From NCBI GenBank assembly GCA_963837175.1, contig CAWIMJ010000034.1, positions 1 through 64,000 on the forward strand: a stretch of 64,000 bases of DNA, read 5' to 3'. Positions 59,182 to 64,000 of this stretch are shown here, in pieces. Source of the DNA: an uncultured Nitrososphaeraceae archaeon. Lineage in GTDB: Archaea > Thermoproteota > Nitrososphaeria > Nitrososphaerales > Nitrososphaeraceae. Both the position numbers and the translations under genes were made by a program. Numbering within the stretch: position 1 is the stretch's first letter; each line of letters opens with the position of its first letter. The notes beneath the pieces were generated by a model that did no database searches, was not told the DNA's origin, and saw nothing but the letters and a program-made list of their open reading frames with translations.

Positions 59182-60489
59182 TCACGCAATCTTCGCTCCT
59201 CCTAGAGCTAGAGACACTAACCATTTGTACATCTGTTCTATAATCCAGTAATGCGACCTTCCACCAAACATCTGTATTAAACGGAAGCCGAGCAAGGCAA
59301 CAATAGGATGATTAACAAGCATTTTGGCATCGACAGAGAAATTAGAAAAGTCTTTGCCTAAAAACTCCCTTAATCTTGTAGGAGATGAAAAGTGCCAAGG
59401 TAAAAGCATGTCTAGACTTTTACCAGAAAAAGCCTTCATTTTAGTTCTAGAAATAGCATTGCATATTACAGGTAGCAAAGGTATTGAATCGGTTATGACT
59501 TTTGATGCTTCAGCACCTCCAGCACTGATGGGATATAAAATAGACAAAACCCTATCTAAATCATCCCACGGTCCTCTGCCATATGCGATTTTACATGCAC
59601 TGATTCCAAGCATCAATCTGATTATTCCTGCTGGATGAGGATCCCCTTGAATGACTCTCGCGATCCTACGAGCACTGCCTGCAACAACCTCATAAAGTCC
59701 AAGTATTGAGGCAATATTACTTTGATGTAGAGAGTAAAAATCAGCGGCAATTTCGCTTGCCCATGATTCCCATAAATGTGCTAAATATTTCGGTCCACCA
59801 GCGGCTAGTATACTATTGTATAGTAATTCACCTAGCTCTTGGTTCCAGTTTGTTATGTGTGCAACCTGATGACCACATTCATGTAATATGGAAGTTAGCC
59901 TCGGAAGAGGAATAGCGGAGCGAACTACCTTAATAACTGCCGCAGGGTTTGTATTGGAATCCCATAAATAAATTCCAGCTTTAAGAATAGAAGCTCCTTC
60001 TCCTCTGTCTTGATAGCAAATAACAGTAGGAACTTCATGACCTAATGGTTGCAGTACTTGCTGTAAGCTAGCATACGCTATTTGATCACATCCTCTGAGT
60101 AGCATTCCCATATCACGCTCTGAACGTGTATGAAGCAAATCTACGTAATATTCGAAAACTTGCTCAGTACTGAAGTAATGATCTCTGACACTTTGTAAGT
60201 TTGAACGGAAGAGAAGGAGTCCTTCCATATTTCTGATGTTAGTGAATTCTTTTTTTAACTCCGCCAGGTGTGCCTTCAAGCCTGCGGTTCTGGTTTGAAA
60301 AGATCTTTCAATAGCCAACCTTTGTTTATTACCTAAATGCCTTCTAGAGGCTTCTGAGACATTAGCTATGGGGTTGACAAGGCCATCCACTGCTACAGTT
60401 AAGCTGTTCAAGGATAATCGTTGCAAAAACAAACAGTTGTTAAAATCCTTCTCTATAACATTAGAGCCCTGAAGTCTGCTGCTGCTCAT
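59182..60489 (-). CDS. Putative zinc peptidase (HEXXH, gluzincin-like)
   Basis: ILHECGH with downstream SWASEIAAD and DPHP. No signal peptide. Confidence 0.8.
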   Translation of the reverse strand: MSSSRLQGSNVIEKDFNNCLFLQRLSLNSLTVAVDGLVNPIANVSEASRRHLGNKQRLAIERSFQTRTAGLKAHLAELKKEFTNIRNMEGLLLFRSNLQSVRDHYFSTEQVFEYYVDLLHTRSERDMGMLLRGCDQIAYASLQQVLQPLGHEVPTVICYQDRGEGASILKAGIYLWDSNTNPAAVIKVVRSAIPLPRLTSILHECGHQVAHITNWNQELGELLYNSILAAGGPKYLAHLWESWASEIAADFYSLHQSNIASILGLYEVVAGSARRIARVIQGDPHPAGIIRLMLGISACKIAYGRGPWDDLDRVLSILYPISAGGAEASKVITDSIPLLPVICNAISRTKMKAFSGKSLDMLLPWHFSSPTRLREFLGKDFSNFSVDAKMLVNHPIVALLGFRLIQMFGGRSHYWIIEQMYKWLVSLALGGAKIA

Positions 60490-60500
60490 GCCCCTTCTAA

Positions 60501-63500
60501 TTACAGTCTATATCCTGGTAATGGTTCTATAGGTGATAAAGTGATAGATGACAAGAGTCTTGGGAGATTCCAAGCCAGCGATGCAATTGTCAACCTTCGG
60601 AGATTGGATATAAAACCACTAGGCAGTATAAGGCTCGATGTAAGCGTTATCCCATCTGGGTGAGCAGATATGCTAGATATTCGTGCAGCTATCTTTCCAA
60701 TGCTTCTGTTCAAGCGCCTTATCACCAATCCAAGAATCAATGAAACTATTTGCTTTGATATCCATGAGGGTATTTTCAGTCTTCTCAGCTGCTTATACAA
60801 TATGTTGGATCCTAGCGTCTTTATAATATCAGATACTGACTTGTTAAGATCTGCAATCATTCTGGTTCTTGCCACGCTCTTAACACTACGTATCGTAAGA
60901 TCATTCAAATATATTCTGAGTTCAAGTCTAGTTCTATCAAATCGTATACTAATGTCATTGCTTCTCACAGCTCCCTTGTCTGGCAAAGGAGCAGAAGGGG
61001 TTTCCTGCATTGGCCTTCCTACAGGCCTTAAAATTTTTACGAAGCAATAGTTTCTCCAAGATGGATCATATCGCAGGATCGATGGCCTTAGTTTACGAAT
61101 TCTTCTGCGTCTTGATAAATATGGGTTATTTAGCAATAATCCTGCAGCAGTAGGAGTCAATGGTATTATTTGGTCTATATGCAAAGCACTCATTCCACCA
61201 ACATAGTCGCGAGCAATCATAGCCAGCCTAGTTCCGACCGGCAGACTTTGGAAAACACGTATACTCACACGAACAGGTGTTGTACCATCCCAACCTTGTG
61301 TCTTACGTAAGATATCAAGTAACGTAGTTCCTCCAAAGCTACGTACACGTGAGGCTAAAGTTGGATACAGGGTTAATTCGGATCTTTGAGATAAAACCTT
61401 GTATGTTTTTCGAGGAATCCACATAATATTAGCTGGGATTCTTCTTCTAGACACAAATTCTTCACGTAACGCTTGGCCTGGAACATTGTCTTTGATAGAT
61501 TCTAGAATAGACTCCTGAACATGAGCCTCCAATACTTGGTCTTCTCCTTCCAAAATGGATTCTGGCAGCGCTGCCTATCCTCTCGACTGATTCTGTCACA
61601 ATATTTGCTATCGTTTCTGCTACTAGTCTATTTTGATTGGGTAATTCTCTTGGGTTTTCTAAAGAGAGTAATCGAAGACCAGCATCTGCAATAACGCGGC
61701 TGAGGGGATTAGCAAAATTCTGGCCGATAAGTGGTTTTAATAACTTAGCAACAAGTTTCGCAAGAAAACCCACTACCCGCTGTCTTCCAATGAGTCTTAT
61801 TCCTATTCTTAATACCGGAAGAAGAGCAGGAGCAAACTCCTGTGTAAGTCTTTGAAGATTAGGTGGATATTCGCTTACTAAACCATTAATAAAATTATTG
61901 CGAGCCTCATTTACGACAAGGGCTTCGTTTACACTTCCAACAAACTCCTCCTCCTCACTTTCCGCTTCAGGAGTATAATATTCTGGAGTAAAGCCTGAGG
62001 TCTGAGCTTCAGGAGTATAATATTCTGGAGTAAAGCCTGAGGTCTGAGCTTCAGGAGTATAATATTCTGGAGTAAAGCCTGAGGTCTGAGCTTCAGGAGT
62101 ATAATATTCTGGAGTAAAGCCTGAGGTCTGAGCTTCAGGAGTATAATATTCTGGAGTAAAGCCTGAGGTCTGAGCTTCAGGAGTATAATATTCTGGAGTA
62201 AAGCCTGAGGTCTGAGCTTCAGGAGTATAATATTCTGGAGTAAAGCCTGAGGTCTGAGCTTCAGGAGTATAATATTCTGGAGTAAAGCCTGAGGTCTGAG
62301 CTTCAGGAGTATAATATTCTGGACTAGCTTTCCATCTCTGCAAAGAGCTCTCTTTCAAAATCTCGTTCAAATTCATAGACCTGCTGGAATTCATGTCCAT
62401 GATATAGTTCTTCTTCCGCTTCACCAGTAAAGCTCTCATTATAGATATTCTCATCTTCATCTTCAAATTCTAGTTCTGTTTCATCCAGAGTTTCAGCACG
62501 CAATACGTTTGAACCGGTTTCTGCTGTTTCCAACTCGCTTTCAGATGGTGGCGTAGTAGGCGGTTGTTCTACTGGTGGTTGTTCTACTGGTGGTTGTTCT
62601 ACTGGTGGTTGTTCTACTGGTGGTTGTTCTACTGGTGGTTGTTCTACTGGTGGTTGTTCTACTGGTGGTTGTTCTACTGGTGGTTGTTCTACTGGTGGTT
62701 GTTGGTACTGGTGGTTGTCCATAACCAAGGGCTCCGAGCGCCTTCTGAGCTATAGCACGATATTGTGGTGGAATATATCGCAATCCTAATCTAAGCACTT
62801 TTCTCACTAGAGGTCTAATACGACGCCCAATTGTTCCAAGTATTCTTCTTAGAATCAACTTAACAGCAGCTGATCCTATCACACTCTTAGCAACACTAAT
62901 GCCCTTCCTTGCTAAACTGAGACCTTTCCCTAAAACTCTTTTTGCCTTTTTCAACCATTTACCCAGAAATTCCTCAGGCTGAACTGGTTGAAATGAGTCA
63001 ATGACACGTTTGGCAGCTTCGTATTCCATTTCAGGTTGTATGTTGGACTGAACATAATTAGAAAAACGTTCAAGCTCATTCTGAATATTTCTCACCGTTC
63101 CACCATAGGTTACTTCATAGAATTGATTGAACATATTCTCGAAATTAGGATTTCTGAGGACCTCTTCAAGCTCACCACCAGTTCCTGTTGTATGACTTAC
63201 ATAGTTAGTAAACTTTGATTCAGCTTCACTTGCCAGCTGTACAAGTGACTGTTCAAATTCATGATCATGTACTTGGTTAGAAAAGAGTTCGAATTCAAAT
63301 TCTCGATCTATCATCTGATATTCTTGTGCTTGTTGTTGTTGTTCTGTCTCACCTGTAGTTATCGACATATTTTCTGTACCAGTAAATGATTCATTGAAAG
63401 ATGGAGATGATGATTCTGCAGAAGATGAAGGGAAATCAGTTTCTAGTAGCTGTTGTTCTTGCTCAGATTCTCTGTAGGTTATTTTTTTAAATGGATAAAC

Positions 63501-63572
63501 CTCACTTTCAGCAGACTCAAAATATTCATTACTTCCATATCCGCCGCTTTGAAAACGGGATCCTCTTTCCAC
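60501..63572 (-). CDS. About 1020-aa protein with alternating acidic and cationic-amphipathic blocks, split into four ORFs by three +1 insertions
   Basis: Removing an extra base near 62705, 62330 and 61575 joins ORFs 63572, 62728, 62466 and 61553 (for example VERIAALPESILEGEDQV). Confidence 0.75.
61964..62323. repeat. 42-nt coding tandem repeat x8.5 (TPEYYTPEAQTSGF)
   Basis: Perfect units ttcaggagtataatattctggagtaaagcctgaggtctgagc. Confidence 0.95.
62562..62720. repeat. 15-nt coding tandem repeat x9-10 (PPVEQ)
   Basis: Units ggttgttctactggt. Confidence 0.95.
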
Positions 63573-64000
63573 AACAACGTAACTGTGTGCAACTATATCA
63601 GTTTTTTTCTGGGCTTTGATATTTTTAAAATCAACTCTTTTGAACGTAATTTACTTCTGTTAATATTAGAATATATTAAGACATTAATAAACATCTAAGT
63701 CTAAATGGTAAATCAAAAAAGATTTTTCTTAAGTAGAGTTAAGCTTCTGATTTTTTATTTTGTCATACCGAAAGGATGTATATGCGTATTTATGATACTC
63801 AACAAAAACATTCGCTTAAATCCTAATTTTGGCATATTAAGCAATTCATGGTAATGTCATCATCAATTATCAATTAGCTTCTACCTAAGATTATTACTAT
63901 TATAAAGCAAGATGTAGTGTTTTTACTATAATAGAATAGAACATATATTATTACGATAACTTGAGTGCCTACGATAAGCTAAACATATCCGGAACAAATA

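Noticed and set aside
61964-62323. 42-nt array as a CRISPR
   Set aside because: Units are contiguous and identical with no unique spacers, and they are in frame within a protein.
62541-62755. FYWWL repeat ORF (plus strand) and the TTTSR tail of the 63572 ORF
   Set aside because: Both are alternative readings of the PPVEQ repeat. The TTTSR frame results from a +1 insertion.

Overview
AT-rich accessory region with many mobile elements, probably from a soil ammonia-oxidising archaeon (Nitrososphaeraceae, Nitrosocosmicus-like). That assignment is an inference from gene and IS families; no marker gene is present. Left part: a Streptomyces-type melC1/melC2 (caddie plus tyrosinase) pair, an EEP nuclease, a GMC oxidoreductase fused to GXWXG-like domains with a stand-alone paralog, and secreted proteins. 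Middle: IS6, IS630 and IS5 elements, a 112-bp IS630-type MITE family, SSV-type tyrosine integrases, two poly-gamma-glutamate hydrolase genes, a Cys-rich protein, a polB relic and a two-repeat CRISPR relic split by an IS5. Main candidate system: a minus-strand operon (55.2-63.6 kb) encoding a roughly 1000-aa protein with acidic and cationic-amphipathic blocks, an HEXXH peptidase and several uncharacterised proteins. Dispersed genes share parts of its N-terminal leader (RP[NS]Y...ESE...PFxxIxY) fused to different enzymes: a SleB-like hydrolase, an SLT lytic transglycosylase missed by the ORF track, and a PhoD-like phosphatase. An amidase_2 has a different acidic leader. This suggests a leader-addressed antibacterial cargo system. 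Many genes are broken by single +1 insertions, which may be sequencing errors. All calls come from reading motifs by eye; no searches were run.
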